Below, in pieces: positions 19,424-32,946 of a DNA stretch of 64,000 nt. The notes below the pieces were generated by a model, which was not told where the DNA came from, ran no database searches, and worked only from the letters and a program-made list of their open reading frames with translations. The stretch's first letter is position 1. Each line of letters begins with the position of its first letter. Origin of the DNA: the human T2T-CHM13v2.0 reference genome, Homo sapiens; assembly GCF_009914755.1 (NCBI RefSeq), contig NC_060942.1. One strand, given 5' to 3'. A program made the translations under genes and the position numbers.

Positions 19424-20281
19424 TCAGTGATACAATTATAATCCTAATCAGATCTCTAATATTCCATTTTACTCTCACATTTAACAGACTGTGCTACTAT
19501 GGTGCAAATAGAAACTTTAAGTGAACAGATACGATAGACATCAGAAGCATTGTTCTCTTTTATTTGGAAAAATAAAATGGAAAAATGGCTGAATACGTAC
19601 AACCCCTGCCTCACTACCCTTTATGAGACAGAGCATTGTAGAAATGATGCTCCTTCAAATTCCATGAGGCAGAATTCACTGGAAAGAGATGTCTCACCTC
19701 ACCCTGTGTCCCATTGTCTCATTTGTTTTGCGTATCAGAATGCAGGCTATCAATGCACCTCTGCAGCTGTGGCTGGACATGTTCAAGGGCAAGAATCCTT
19801 ACATTATCTCTCTTCTTGGCACCACTAATTTCAGTAGCACTTGCTTTCAACATGACCCTTCATCCCCAAGGTACATGATTCACTGCTAAGCAAAAACACT
19901 TTGTGACTTATTATAGTTCTTATAACTTAAAATTATTATACATTCCAGGAACTCCTTAAATATGAGGACAGAACAATACAGAGGCTGCCCTTTTTTATTC
20001 TTCTTCTTCTCAGAGGTTACCATAGATACCAAGATTACAATGGCAACTGCTGGCAAATTCACCTAATTGGATTTAGATAAGGGTAAAAAAAGTGCAATTA
20101 TCAACCTATGGGCATGGTGTTTTACTGTGAAATATTTGATTGCCCTCAATTATTAGCAAGCTTTTCTATAGTACCACACGTTGTTTGAAAACAGCTTTCC
20201 CATTTATTTTTTCTCATTATACTTATAATGACTCACAGTGTTATCACAGAAAGATAAATGTGTATAGAGGAGATGAGAAGG

Positions 20282-20309
20282 GTGTGTGTGTGTGTGTGTG
20301 TATGTGTGT
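20282..20309. repeat. (TG)n microsatellite
   Basis: Read directly. Confidence 0.95.
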
Positions 20310-21555
20310 AGACAGAGAACAAGACCATGAGAGTCGAGTTTACAGTAAATACTCCAAAAAAATGAAATATGGAGAAGAAATGCAAACCACAAAATACCTT
20401 TGCCATCTTTGACAATATACACTCTGCTTTATTCAGTTCAATTTTCTCGTCATTTGTTGGACCCTCTAGAGTAATGACATATGTAACCTTAAACACTTAC
20501 CTCTTTTTGAAAAGGAATAAATAAAAATTTGGTGATTCCAAGAATCATGGTATGTTTGGACTTTAACTTTTTTTGTCCTTTCTTTAGTCGGGGATCATCT
20601 TTCTCTGACAGATATTTCAAACTCTCTCCAGTAAGAATAAAGCAGTTAAAATGCCAGAGTTTCCACTATGCCCTGGGAAGTTTCTCTATAAGAACCTTAA
20701 TAGTTTTCACTCTTCAATATATCTTTTTTCAATTTCTTCACATTATGCAGTTACTTAATTATACCATTTTTAATCACAAATAATTCAGCTTTTTTTCTCC
20801 GGTATTTACACCTGTAGAGACTTTTAGATTATTATCTTAACTTTAAAATCAATAGTCTGTCTTCCATGGACAAGCAAGAACGTGTTTACCATTAGACTAA
20901 GTCCAAAATGCAAGTAATTTGATTTAGACTGACACAGACACAGAAAAGTGAAATTACAAAGGAAAAATTAAAGAAATAATGTAATATCTTTCATAACAGA
21001 GTTCTTTTTTATTTTGTTTTGTTTAGATTTGTTTCCACATTGACAACCATTTTTAAACCATGCTATAGGGATATGTGGAAGAATGTTATTTTAAATATAA
21101 TGGTTTATGACCAATTTGCATAGAAAAAATAGGCACAAGAAGCAAAGAAATATTGCATATAATTTAGTGACAAAGGATTCTTATTATGGCCATATTTCCT
21201 TGCTTTCATGTTTGCTTTAATAAATTGATTTTTCTGGGCTTGTTTTTGAGAATCTAATCCTAAATTGAATCTAAAGCTCAGCATTAGACTCAGAACTAAC
21301 CTCTTTTGGTAAGCAGTACCTTCTCTCAAGTGTCTGCCATTGAATTCTCCTTATTCTCACTAGTTTCTAGCTCCTCTAGCTAATCCAATTGCCTCAGCAT
21401 TTGGTTCAGTTGTCACCATGAGGTGTAGTATACACCAGGAAGCTCTGGATTCTACCTTTGTTAGTGGGTGTTACTGACAAGTTATGTTAATTTTATTTTA
21501 CTGTTTTCTGAATTACATTCCCCATCTTTACTCACATAATATTGTAGACTGTTAT

Positions 21556-21635
21556 TTAGACTGGTGCAAAAGTAATTGAGGGTTTTGCCATTACTTTCAA
21601 TGGCAAAAACTGCAGTTACTTTTGCACCAACCTAC
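21556..21635. mobile_element. MADE1 (Hsmar1-derived 80-bp palindromic MITE)
   Basis: ttagactggtgcaaaagtaattg...ttttgccatt actttc aatggcaaaa...ttacttttgcaccaaccta: two inverted terminal repeats around a 6-nt loop. Confidence 0.92.
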
Positions 21636-22169
21636 TGCAATTAACCCTTACCTTGTCTTCTCACTTCCACATTCTGCTTGGTTCCTCACATGGTTATCAT
21701 CACACGTAGATAATCATCATACTAGCGTGGGCGTGTATGTCAATAATGAAAGAGCTTTCCAATGATTCCCTGGTGCCTTCTGGACTAATTTCAAGTCCAC
21801 CTACAACAGCATGACATAATAAAACTTCCCTATCAAAATGCTCTTGGTTAACACCATTTCTTATGGTTATACTAAGTTTAATTTCCAAAATTCCACTTTA
21901 AATTCAAATTCATATCAAAGGTCTGGTTTTGCAAATTCTCCTTTAACTTCAACTGGAAGCTGGTCACTTTATTCTGTGGCTTTTCCCTAAATTTTGTACC
22001 TGTCTCAGAATAGTATCTATCTGACTAAATGAATCAATGAATTGGTGAATTAAAGAAAAAATAGGTTTGAGGTACAGAATATTCACAGTCACTTGTACCT
22101 CTAACATTCTACAATTCTTGACATCCAGATACTGGGGGGGAAGCTTAGATAATAATGGATACAAAATGT

Positions 22170-22531
22170 TGATATGGTTTGGCTGTGTCCCCCTCCAAAT
22201 CTCAACTTAAATTGTATCTCCCATAATTCTCAGGTGTTGTGAGAGGGACCCAGTGGGAGATAAGTGAATCATAGGTGTGGTTTTCCCCATACTGTTCTCA
22301 TGGTAGTGAATAAGTCTCATGAGATCTGGTGGTTTTACAAGGGGTTTTCGCTTTTGCTTGGTGCTCATTCTTTCTTGCCTGCCACCATGTAAGATGTGAC
22401 TTTTGCCTTCCCTCATGATTTTGAGGCCTCCTCAGCCACGTAGAATGATAAGTTCATTAAACCTCTTTTTAAAAATAAGTTATCCAGTCTTGGGTATGTC
22501 TTTATCAGCAGTGTGAAAATGGACTAACACA
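22170..22531 (+). mobile_element. THE1 (THE1B-like) solo LTR
   Basis: tgatatggtttggctgtgtcc...aaatggactaacaca with TG..CA ends and perfect 5-bp TSD aatgt (22165-22169 / 22532-22536). Confidence 0.92.
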
Positions 22532-22739
22532 AATGTGTAGAACAAAACACACAAAAACATTTCTAATAATAATAATAAACAGTTTTGTCCTCAACACAAA
22601 TGTTATCTTATTTTGTGCTTCACTTAAAAACCTTTGACATAGGCAGAATTGATGTTTTTATTATATTACAAAATTTAATAAAAAGGCAACTGGTATGAAT
22701 CATCTGCCTCAGAATACTTGTTATTAATAAAGCAACTAG

Positions 22740-22895
22740 TGTGGATCACCTGAAATACTTGTTAAAATGCAAATTTCTATGCCCACTTTGTATCTACCAA
22801 ATCCACTTTTAAGAGTATAGATTCTTAAAATCTGCATTTGAACATTGTTTCTCCATCCGTGTAATATTTGCACATACTAATGTCTGAAAACCATT
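22740..22895. mobile_element. MER5-type hAT fragment
   Basis: atcacctg...cttgttaaaatgcaaatttct...aatctgcattt...gaaaaccattg. Confidence 0.6.
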
Positions 22896-23672
22896 GGAAT
22901 AGAATATTTTGGTTTAATAAAGTAATTAGATTTCATATACAGATCTGAATTCTCCTCACTCATAGGATGAGAATTCCTGTAGTTGACAGGATCTTAATGA
23001 GAAATAGATGGGGTTAAGGGATTAACCAGGGAAATCAGAGATTAAATGTAAGTAGAGGACACTGAGGGAAAAATGGCTAATGCTCAAAAAAATCAGGAGG
23101 TCAGGGTCAGAATCTAAAGTTAGCTTATCAGACCTGATACCAATAGGCAGAGTGAGAAATTTGAATGTCACTTTGAAGTTAATATTTTGCATATTTAAAT
23201 TACTTGGACCAATCTGTACTGGAGATCATTGTCTTGATCTTTATATGTTGACAATAATATTATTCCTAAGGAGTTTTTCTAAAGTGGAGTCTTCAAGAAA
23301 ATAATGGGCATTTCTGATAATACAGAAATAATAGTTAAATCAAATTATGTGAAAATGTAATCCTCCATGTCTATATTTTAATTCATACCAAAGAAAAACA
23401 GAAAATAGATGGTCTATGTTACATTTCTTTGCATGTTTTTTAGAAGCAACTTCCTCAATGAAAGCCATTTCCTGCTGAAAAGAACCTTCTAACCTTTGGC
23501 CAGAGAGAAATCTTCTTTACTGGTTACTATTCGATCCTCTGAGAAGTCAGGGCAATAAGTCATTCTACCATAGATCTCCTGAGACAAATCAAATTTAACA
23601 GAGTCATGGATGTAATATACGTATGAAATTCTTTTGGAAGAGAAAACTATTTTCTTATGTTGAAAAATTTTC

Positions 23673-24372
23673 ATTAGATCCCAGCCATTTATCTTTGTTT
23701 TTATTGCATATGTTTTTGGGTTCGAGGTCATGAAATCCTTGCCTAAACCAGTGTCTAGAAGGGTTCTATGGAAAACAGTGTGGAGATTCCATAAAGACCT
23801 AAAAGTAGAAACTACAATTTGATCCAGCAATCCCACTACTGGGTATCTACCCAGAGGAAAAGAAATCATTTTTCAAAAAAAGACATTTGTGCACACATTT
23901 ATAGCAGCATAATTCACAATTTCAAAATCGTGGAACCAACCCAAATGTCCATCAGTCAACGAGTGGATAAAGAAACTGTGGTGTATATATATATATATAT
24001 ATATATGATGGAATACTATGTAGCCATTAAAATGAATGAATTAACAGCATTTGCAGTGACCTGGATGAGATTGGAGACTATTATTCTAAGCGAGTAACTC
24101 AGGAATGGAAAACCAAACATTGTATGTTCTCACTGTTATGTGGGAGCTAAGCTATGAGGATGCAAAGGCATAAGAATGATACAATGGACTTTGGGGATTT
24201 GAGGAGAAGAGTTGGGGGGTGTAAAGGATAAAAGACTACAAATATGGTGCAGTGTATACTGCTTGGGTGATGGGTGCACCAAAATCTCATGAATTGCCAC
24301 TAAAGAACTTACTCGTGTAACCAAATATAACCTGTACTCCAATTAACTTACGGAAAAACAAAAAAAATTAAA
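23673..24372 (+). mobile_element. Short L1PB1-like element with 5' inversion (minus 23673-23765, plus 23766-24372)
   Basis: The plus part is the reverse complement of the 3' end at ~15430-16020. The first 93 bp matches ~16434-16526 in minus orientation. TSD not clear. Confidence 0.85.
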
Positions 24373-25299
24373 AAGGAACACTTTTATAACTACTTTCCTT
24401 TGTTTCTTTTTCACTTCACAGTATACAATAAATCTACCTTAAAAACTTCAGCCTTACACATATCTGGAAATAATTAAAAACCTAAACCACCTCCTACCTA
24501 GTTGAACATATCTAGTTTCTTTCGACTTTCATGATATGGTTTTTCTATGACTTCAGTAGCTATATTCATTTTTCTGGACAAACTTCATCTCCAATAGTTA
24601 ATTTAATGCTCTGGATGTGATCCAACAAGGGAAAAAAACAATGCAACTTGCAGGACCTCAGTTCAAGTAGTCAAGTTCCACCTTTAAAAACTAAAACTGT
24701 GTTCTCTTTTCTTGAAAGAAGTTTTGATATTTTTTGAGACAGAGTTTCTTGGAACAATTGTTTAAAACTCCCTTTAAACAGGAGAATGCATTTCCTAGAC
24801 AGAAAAGCAAAGAGAAACTTAAGTGAAAATCTGAATGGAAGATAAAACTCTTAACAGAGGATTTGGAACCGTCCACTCTAAAAGTGGTGAAATCAGAAGG
24901 GCTGACAGGTCGTGGCTCAGGACAGCACAAGAAAATGAATTAATATATACAGAAATCTTTTATAATTTATAAAGTTTAATAGTATAGCAACAGTAATTAA
25001 TCCTTTTTTAAAAAAATTTCAAATTTTAATTTGAATTACGTGTTAAATCAGTAACTTCATTTTATAAAGCTAAAGACTTCATAGAACATCTATATCCTAT
25101 TTCTCTCATCAGCGGTCACAACTTTGGTTAATTTCCAATGAATTTTGAGTGAACGTTTGCTTGAGAAAAGTTTATAACTTAAAATTTAGCACATTATTTA
25201 TATAGGTCAACAAAAACTGTTATTTTCCCTTAACGATATATAGGAAATCTCCCATTTCAATTTGTTACAGTGTGCTGGTTTTTTATTGTCATTTTATTT

Positions 25300-28200
25300 T
25301 ATTTTATTTTTTAATTTTTAATTTTTGTGAGTACAAGTAGTTGTATATATTTATGGGGTACATGAGATATTTTAGTGCAGGCAACCAATATGCAATAATC
25401 GTGTCATGGGAAATGGGGTATCCATTCCTATAAGCATTTATCCTTTGTGCTACAAACAATCCAAGTATACTCTTTTAGTTATTCCAAAATGTACAATTAA
25501 ATTATTTTGATTATAGTCCCCCTTTTGTACTATAAAATACTAAGTCTTACTTATTCTTTCAAACTATTTTTCTTGTACCCATTCATTATACTCACCTCCC
25601 ATTTTACCCCTTCTAATTATCCTTTCCAGCCTCTGGTAACCTTCCTTCTGCCATCTCCGTGTGTTCAACTGTTTTGATTTTTAGATCCCACAAATAATTG
25701 AGAACATGCAATGTTTGTCTTTCTTTGCCTGGCTTATTTCACTTAGTTCCATTCATGTTGTTGCAACTGACTGAATCTTATTTATTTATGGCTGAATAAA
25801 ACTCCATTGTGTATAAGTACCATGTTTTTTCTTTTATATATTTATGGGTTGATGGACATTTAGTTTGCTTCAAAGTCTTGGCTGTTGTGAACAGTGTTGC
25901 AACAACATGGGAGTACAGATCTTTCTTCAATATACTGTATTCCTTTTTCTTAGATACATACCCAGCAGTGGGATTGCTGGATCATATGCTAGCTCTGTTT
26001 TTAGTTTTTTGAGGTATTTCCAAACTGTTCTCTGTAGTGGTTGTACTAATTTACATTCCAACCAACAGTGAATGAAGGTTCTCTTTTCTTCATAGCCTTT
26101 CCAACATTTGTTATTGCCTGTCTTTTGGATAAAAGCCATTTTAACTGGGATGAGATGATATCTTATTGTAGTTTTGATTTGCATTTCTTTGATGATCAAT
26201 GATGTTGAGCACCTTTTCATATATCTGTTTGCCTTTTGTATGTCTTCTTTTGAGAAATGTTTATTGAAATATTTTGCCCATTTTTTTAAATAGACGTTAG
26301 ATATTTTTTTCTAGAGAGTTGAGTTCCTTATATATTCTGGTTATTAATCCCTTCACAGATGGATAGTTCACAAATATGTTCTCCCATTCTGTGGATTGTT
26401 TTTTCACATTGTTAATTGTTTCCTTTGCGGTGTAGAAGTTTGTTGTTTGTTTGTTTGTTTGTTTGTTTATTATTTGTTTGTCAGGGTCTTGCTCTATCTC
26501 CCAGGCTGGAGTGCAGTGTCAGTGGCATGATCATAACTCACCTCAGCCTTGAACTCCTGAGCTCAAGCAATCCTCTCACTTCAGCCACCTGAGTAGCTCA
26601 CTCTTCAGGCACATGCCACCATGCCCAGCTAAGTTTTGTATTATTCGTAGAGGCAGATTTTTGCCATGTTGCCCAGGCTGGTTTCAAACTCCTGGGCTTA
26701 AGCAATCTGCCCACCTTGGCTTCCTAAAGTGCTGGGATTACAGGTGTGAGCCACCATGCCCAGTCTGCAAAAGCTTTTTATCTTGATGTGATCTGATTTG
26801 TGTACTTTTGCTTTGGTTGCCTGTGCTTGTGGGTTATTACTCAGGAAATTTTTGCCCAGACCAAAGTCCTGGAGAGTTTCCCAATGTTTTCTGGTAGTAG
26901 TTTCACAGTTTTGAGGTCTTAGATTTAAGCCTTTAGTCCATTTTTATTTGATTTTTATATGTGGCAAGAGATATCAATCTAGTTTCATTCTTCTGCATAC
27001 GGGTGTCCAGATTTCCAGCATCATTTATTGAAAAGATAGTCTTTCCCCCAGTGTATATTCTTGACACCTTGAGTTCACTATAAGTATTTAGATTTTTTTC
27101 AGGTTCTCTATTCTGTTCCATTGGTCTATGTATCTGTTTTTTGTGATCTTTTGAATTTTTTTCAAATACATTTATTATTGATATCATACTTATTATTTCT
27201 TTTTTCTACTAATTTTGGATTTGCTTTGCTCCTGCTTTTCTAGTTACATCCAATGCTATTATTGATAAGGAGGGACTTATTCCTGCCATTGTATTATCTG
27301 TTTTCTGGTTTTGTCTTCCTTTCTTCTTTCCTTCCTGTCTTTCTTTTAGTGAAGCTAATTGTCTCTGGCGGTATGATTAAATTCGTTGCTTTTTATTTTT
27401 GTGTATCTTTAGAGTGTTTATCAACTTGAAGTTACCACAAGGTTTGCAAATACTATCTTATAATCCATTATTTTAAATTGATGACAACTTAACACTAATT
27501 GCATAAACAAACACACAAAAACTAATATAAAATCTACACTTTCACTTCATCCTCTCACTTTTTAATTTTTGTTGTTTCTATTTCGTTTTATTGTACTACG
27601 TCTTGAAAATTATAAATATTATTTTTGGTTCATTGTTTAGTATTTCTACTGAAAGTATTAATAAGAGTAGTTTACACACCACAATTACTGTGTTACAATA
27701 TTCTGTGTTTTTTTGTATACTTACTATTACCAGTGAGATTTGTACCTTTGCATGATGTCTTCTTGCTCATTAAAATCTTTTTCTTTCAGTTTGAAGAACT
27801 TCCTTTAACCCTTCTTGTAGGACAGGTCTAATGTCAATGAAATCCTTCAGCTTCTGTTTGTCTGGGAAGGTCTTTATTTCTTCTTCATGTTTGAAGGATG
27901 TTTTCACTGGATATACTATTCTATGGTAAAAGTTTTTTTATTTAGCATTTTAAATACCTCACGCCACTCTCTCCTGGCCTGTAAGGTTTCCACTGAAAAG
28001 TTTGCTAACAGATATATTGGAGCTCCATTGTGTGTTACTCGTTTCTTTTCTCTTGCTTCTTTTAGGATCCTTTATTATTGACCTTTGAGATTTTGCTTAT
28101 TAGATACTCTGAAGTATGCTTCTTTGGGTTAAATCTACTTTGTGTTCTATAACCTCTTGTCCTAGACTGTTAATATCTTTCTTTACATTTGGGAAGCTTG

Positions 28201-30672
28201 CTGTTGTTATCCCTTTGAATAAACTTTCTACCCCATCTCTTTCTCTAAATCCTCTTTATGGCCAAAATCTCTTAGAGTTGCCCTGTCGAGGCTATTTTCT
28301 AAATCTTGTAGATGTGTTTCATTGTTTTTATTTTTTCAAATTATTTTGTCTCCTTTTACTGTGTATTTTTAAATAGCTTGTCTTCAAGTTCATTGTTTCT
28401 TCTGCTTGATAAATTCTGCTATTAAGAGACTCTGGTGCATTTTTCGGTATGTCCATTGCATTTATAAACTATAGAATATCTACTTAATTCTTTTTTATTA
28501 TTTCAATTCCTTTTTAAAGTTTATTTGATAGGATTTTAAATTTCTTCTCTGTTATCTTGAATTTCATGGAGTTTCCTCAACATAGCTATTTTGAACTCTC
28601 TGTTTGAAAGGTCACATATCCTTGTTTCTCCAGGATTGGTCTATACTGCCTTATTCAGGTCATTTGTCATGGTCATGTTTTTCTTGACTTGATGCTTGCT
28701 TATAGATGTTTATCTACTTCTGGACATTGGAGAGTATTTATTGTAGTCTTTGCAGTCTGAGCTTGTATGTGTCAGTTCTTCTTGAGGAGGCATTCTAGGC
28801 ATTCAACGGCTATTCAACCCAATAGCATTGTTGTTTTTGCAGACTCATAGAGGCACTCCCTTGGTGATCTTAGATAAGATCTAGAGGAATTCCCTGGATT
28901 ACCCAACAGAGACTCTTGTTCTTTCCTCTTTCTCCCAAGCAAATATAATCTCGCTCTCTGTGCTGAGCAACCTGGAACTAGGGGTGTGGTGATGCAAACA
29001 TCCCTGTGGCTACCACAGCTGGGACTGTGCTGGATGAGACCTGGAGCCAGCACAAGGGTCTCACTTAAGGCTCACTGCAACCAATACTTGGCTACTGCCT
29101 ATGTTCACTCAAGGCCATAGGGCACTGCAATCAGCAGGTGATGAAGCCAGCCAGGTTTGTATCCTCTTCAGGGCAGCAAGTTGCCCCAGGCCATGGGTAG
29201 GTCCAGAGATACTCCTGGGATCCAGGGATTACAGTCAAAAACCTTAGAAATTTGCCTTATGTTCTATTCTACTGTGGGTAACCTGGCACTCAAACCACAA
29301 TACAAAGTTATTCCCACTCTTCTCTCCTTTTCCACAGGCAGAGGAGCCTCTCCCTATGGGTATCATCACCACTGGCTCATGGGCATTCTGCCAGACCACC
29401 CCTGATGTTCACTTAAAGCCCAAGGGCTCTTTAGTCAGCTTGTGATGAATACTGCCAGGCCTGGGACTCAACCTTCAGGGAAATGACATCCCCTCTGGCC
29501 CAGAGCAGCCTAGAAATGTTGTTAAAGATCCAAGTCCTACACTCAGGGTCCCCAAGAGCTGGCTTGTTGCTCTACTCCACTGTGGTCAAGCTGGTAGCTA
29601 AGGTGAAGGACAAAGTTCCCTTTACTTTTAATTTTTCCTCTGCTTTTCTAAAACAGAAGGAGTCTTTCACTGTAACCACCACAGCAACAGTGTTGGAGTC
29701 ACACCTGATGTCCGCATGTCTCAGAGCCCAAAGCCCATGGCATACCCATGGGTTCTACCTGGGTGTTGTTGCTGGTTATTCTGGGTCCAAGCGCTCTTTA
29801 GTCAGTGAGAGATGAGTCCTTCTAGACTTTCTTTCAAGGCAGCAGGTTCTCTTTTGGCCCAGGGTATCTAGAAATGTCATCCATGAGCTGGGGCTTAGAA
29901 TGGGGACCTCACAACTCTACCCAGTGCCGTATCCTACTGTGGCTGAGCTGGTATAGTTCTCTTTACTCTTTGATCTCCTCTCCTTAAGCAGAAGAAAGGG
30001 GTTACTTTCATTGCTGCAAACTGTGCAGCCTGGGGTTTGGGTAGGGGTGGCACAAGCCCTTCCTTAGCTGCTCTGGCTCGTGTCTCCTTAGGTCATGTGC
30101 CACACTAGTCCCCTGTCTCTGAGCCCAGTTCTGCCCTAGGACTTGCTTAAAAATTGCTATGCTTGTGTTTTAGACTGCCTTTAAAGTTTACCTAGGATCC
30201 CAGAGCACTTTGGTCTGTGGTAGCAAGGCTTGCTGAGAAACCCAATTTTCAACTACTAGGAGGGGTGATTCCCCTCTGGCTAGGGCTTATTCAAATACTC
30301 CTTTCACACATGGGTATTGGCTGAGCCCTACACGACTTTGCTCTCTGCTACGACAAGGCAGTGCCAAATTCAGTACAAAGTCCTCCAGTCACTGTGTTGC
30401 CCCTCTCCAAAGTGCAGAGAATTTCCACACCACAAGGCTACTGCCAGGGAATAAGGGAGGCATGACATTGGTGATTCAAGTCTGTCTCTCTGACCCTATT
30501 CAATTCCTCTGTTAACAATATGAAGATAAAACCAGATACTGTGATTACTCACCTAATTTTTGGTTCTTGTGGTATTTTTTGAGTGCAGATAGTTGTTAAA
30601 ATTTGATATTCCTGTGGGGGTGGCGGGGAACAAATGGCGTAGTCTTCTATTCTGCATTTTGCCCCACCCTTC
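25300..30672 (-). mobile_element. L1MA2-like element, both ends present, large internal ORF2 deletions
   Basis: L1MA 3'UTR at ~25300, ORF2 C-terminal peptide ([16 protein letters not shown]), decayed ORF1 and long 5'UTR ending ttctattctgcattttgccccaccct. TSD-like tcatttt(t)atttta at 25289 and 30673. Confidence 0.8.
26442..26765 (-). mobile_element. AluJ inserted in the L1MA
   Basis: (TTTG)n tail, J-type gctcaagcaatc. Degenerate TSD tgtagaagttt / tgcaaaagctt. Confidence 0.9.
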
Positions 30673-31136
30673 TCATTTTTATTTTAATTTATGATATTGC
30701 TTTAGAAACCTTGGTGTTTCATAAATATCTTATTAAGACTTTCACTGTTCTACTCTTCTCATTTGCAAGATATTGAGGTAAACTTTATTTCCAATGCTAA
30801 TGACTGACATGTAAATTGGGTTGACATTTTGGATAGAAGGAACCTAGATTTATCTCAAATATACTCGTTGTGATTAGCAATTTTCCATAACAGGGACAGC
30901 CTCAAAACAACAGCAACAAAAAGCTTATTGCATACTGTCAAAGCTCTAAGGGGAAAAGAACCTTGAGAAAGTCTCATTAAATTCATTCCACTGGTTTTAA
31001 GATAATAAATAAAAAATAATGAGAAGGAGCCTTTTCAAATAACTTGTAGTTATTATAGGATTATTCAGCAAAATAACATGGTACCCAATCTAAATGTACC
31101 TCATCTATCTAGGCTAAACTTTCCTATTGACATATA

Positions 31137-31168
31137 TACACACATACATACAGACACACAGACACACA

Positions 31169-31198
<30 letters not shown>
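31137..31198. repeat. (CA)n microsatellite, imperfect
   Basis: Read directly. Confidence 0.95.
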
Positions 31199-31199
<1 letters not shown>

Positions 31200-31939
31200 T
31201 CCCTTGGGAAAGGGGTAAAAAACTACACATGCTATCTTAAAATGTAGGTGATCCATGTTTTTCTATTTGTCCATTTGCAGAGAAGGGTGCTCTCTTTCTA
31301 TCTGGTGGCTACCTAGACTGTTCATTGTGGTTATTTTGGTTGAATTAGCTCTCATCAGACCAATATGGTATCAATTCTTTTTAGTATGAGAGATTTTCAC
31401 TTTTTGTGATTCAGGACAGCTTGCTCCATTGACTAATTATTTTTCTCTCTGTTCTTCAGTTAGGATAGGTTTTATTGATCTATCTTCAAAATTTGATGAA
31501 ACTTACCTTTTGCATCTCCATTCTTATGTAACACTCATCCAATTCATTAATTTGTCAATGATTGACTATATTCAAAGTGTACAGTGTGATAATTTTATAT
31601 TTGTATATATTGTGTAAGGATTACCACAATCAAATTAATTAATATATCCATTACCACTCATGCTAAACTTTAGATCCCAAGAATGTTATTTTCAGTTATT
31701 GTACTTTTCAGTTCTAAAATAATTCCTATTCTGCTGCTAGAATTTCTTCTTTTTCTTCATCAACATATTTTTCTTTCATCCTTGAGCATAGTTTTAATAG
31801 CTAACTTAAAACCCTTATCTGCTAATTCTAACATGTTGGTCATCTTAACTCAGGCCTTGGTTGTCTTTCTCTTGAAAATGGGTCATGTTTTCATGTTTTT
31901 TCATATGGTAAATGATGTTGGATTATATTCTCTAGTAAA

Positions 31940-32898
31940 GTGTAGTTGGAAGGGAGGAAATAGGAATGGAAGCAAGACTTCTCTGCCTATGCCTTTTAAA
32001 TTTAGTTTTGAATTTTAATTATGTAAGTATTTTACATATTCAAAAATAGAAAAGGAATGAAACAAAGCTTAATATTAAATAAGAGAAATAAATTAACCTA
32101 TATAGACTTATATGTATGTATATGTATGTGTGTATGTCCGTGTGTGTGTGTATATATGTCTGTGTGTGTATATATATATATAAAATATTAATGATAAAAT
32201 CACTTGAAGTGACTTTTCAGCAGTCCTTGGAAGAATACCTTCAGAAATTCAAAGTAATTTTCATCAAATGTGGCAAAGTAATTTTAAACTTTCCTGAGCT
32301 TTATGGTTAATAATATTAATGAAATTTGAATTGTGAAACTATTTTGTGTATATTGCAGAATGAACCACATAAATAAATATATTCATGTTATTATGAAACC
32401 AAAGGGAAAGTACATTTTGTTATAATTTGATAAAAAGTATCTCTCTATATAATGTGTGTTTCAATAAAAAGTGTCTAGAAGCTGCAATATCACAGCAGCA
32501 GTGAGTATGTCCAGCATCCAGATGCTAGTTTCTTAAAAAATTTAACAACTCCTTGTAAAAGTGGTTTATTCTAAGTCCCAGGTAGGAAAAATATAAAATG
32601 AGCCTGGTAATACTGTGCTAAAAAGCAAGGAAGCATTCAAAGACTAATGGGGGTGTTTTAAAAGGAACACTGGAGCCATGTTGAAGGGGGTCTAGATTGC
32701 CAAATTTCTAAAAACTGGAGCATAATGAAGAATTATAACATTAATCAACTGTACCAATATGAATACATAAAAATTCATGAGACTATAGCATTACTCAAAA
32801 AAAAGAGGATCAAGGGAAAACTCATTTACTGTCATTGGAGTAGTTCATTTTATCAAGTCCTCACTGTAACAATTGCGTTTTAAAAAAGAAACATGCAC

Positions 32899-32946
<48 letters not shown>

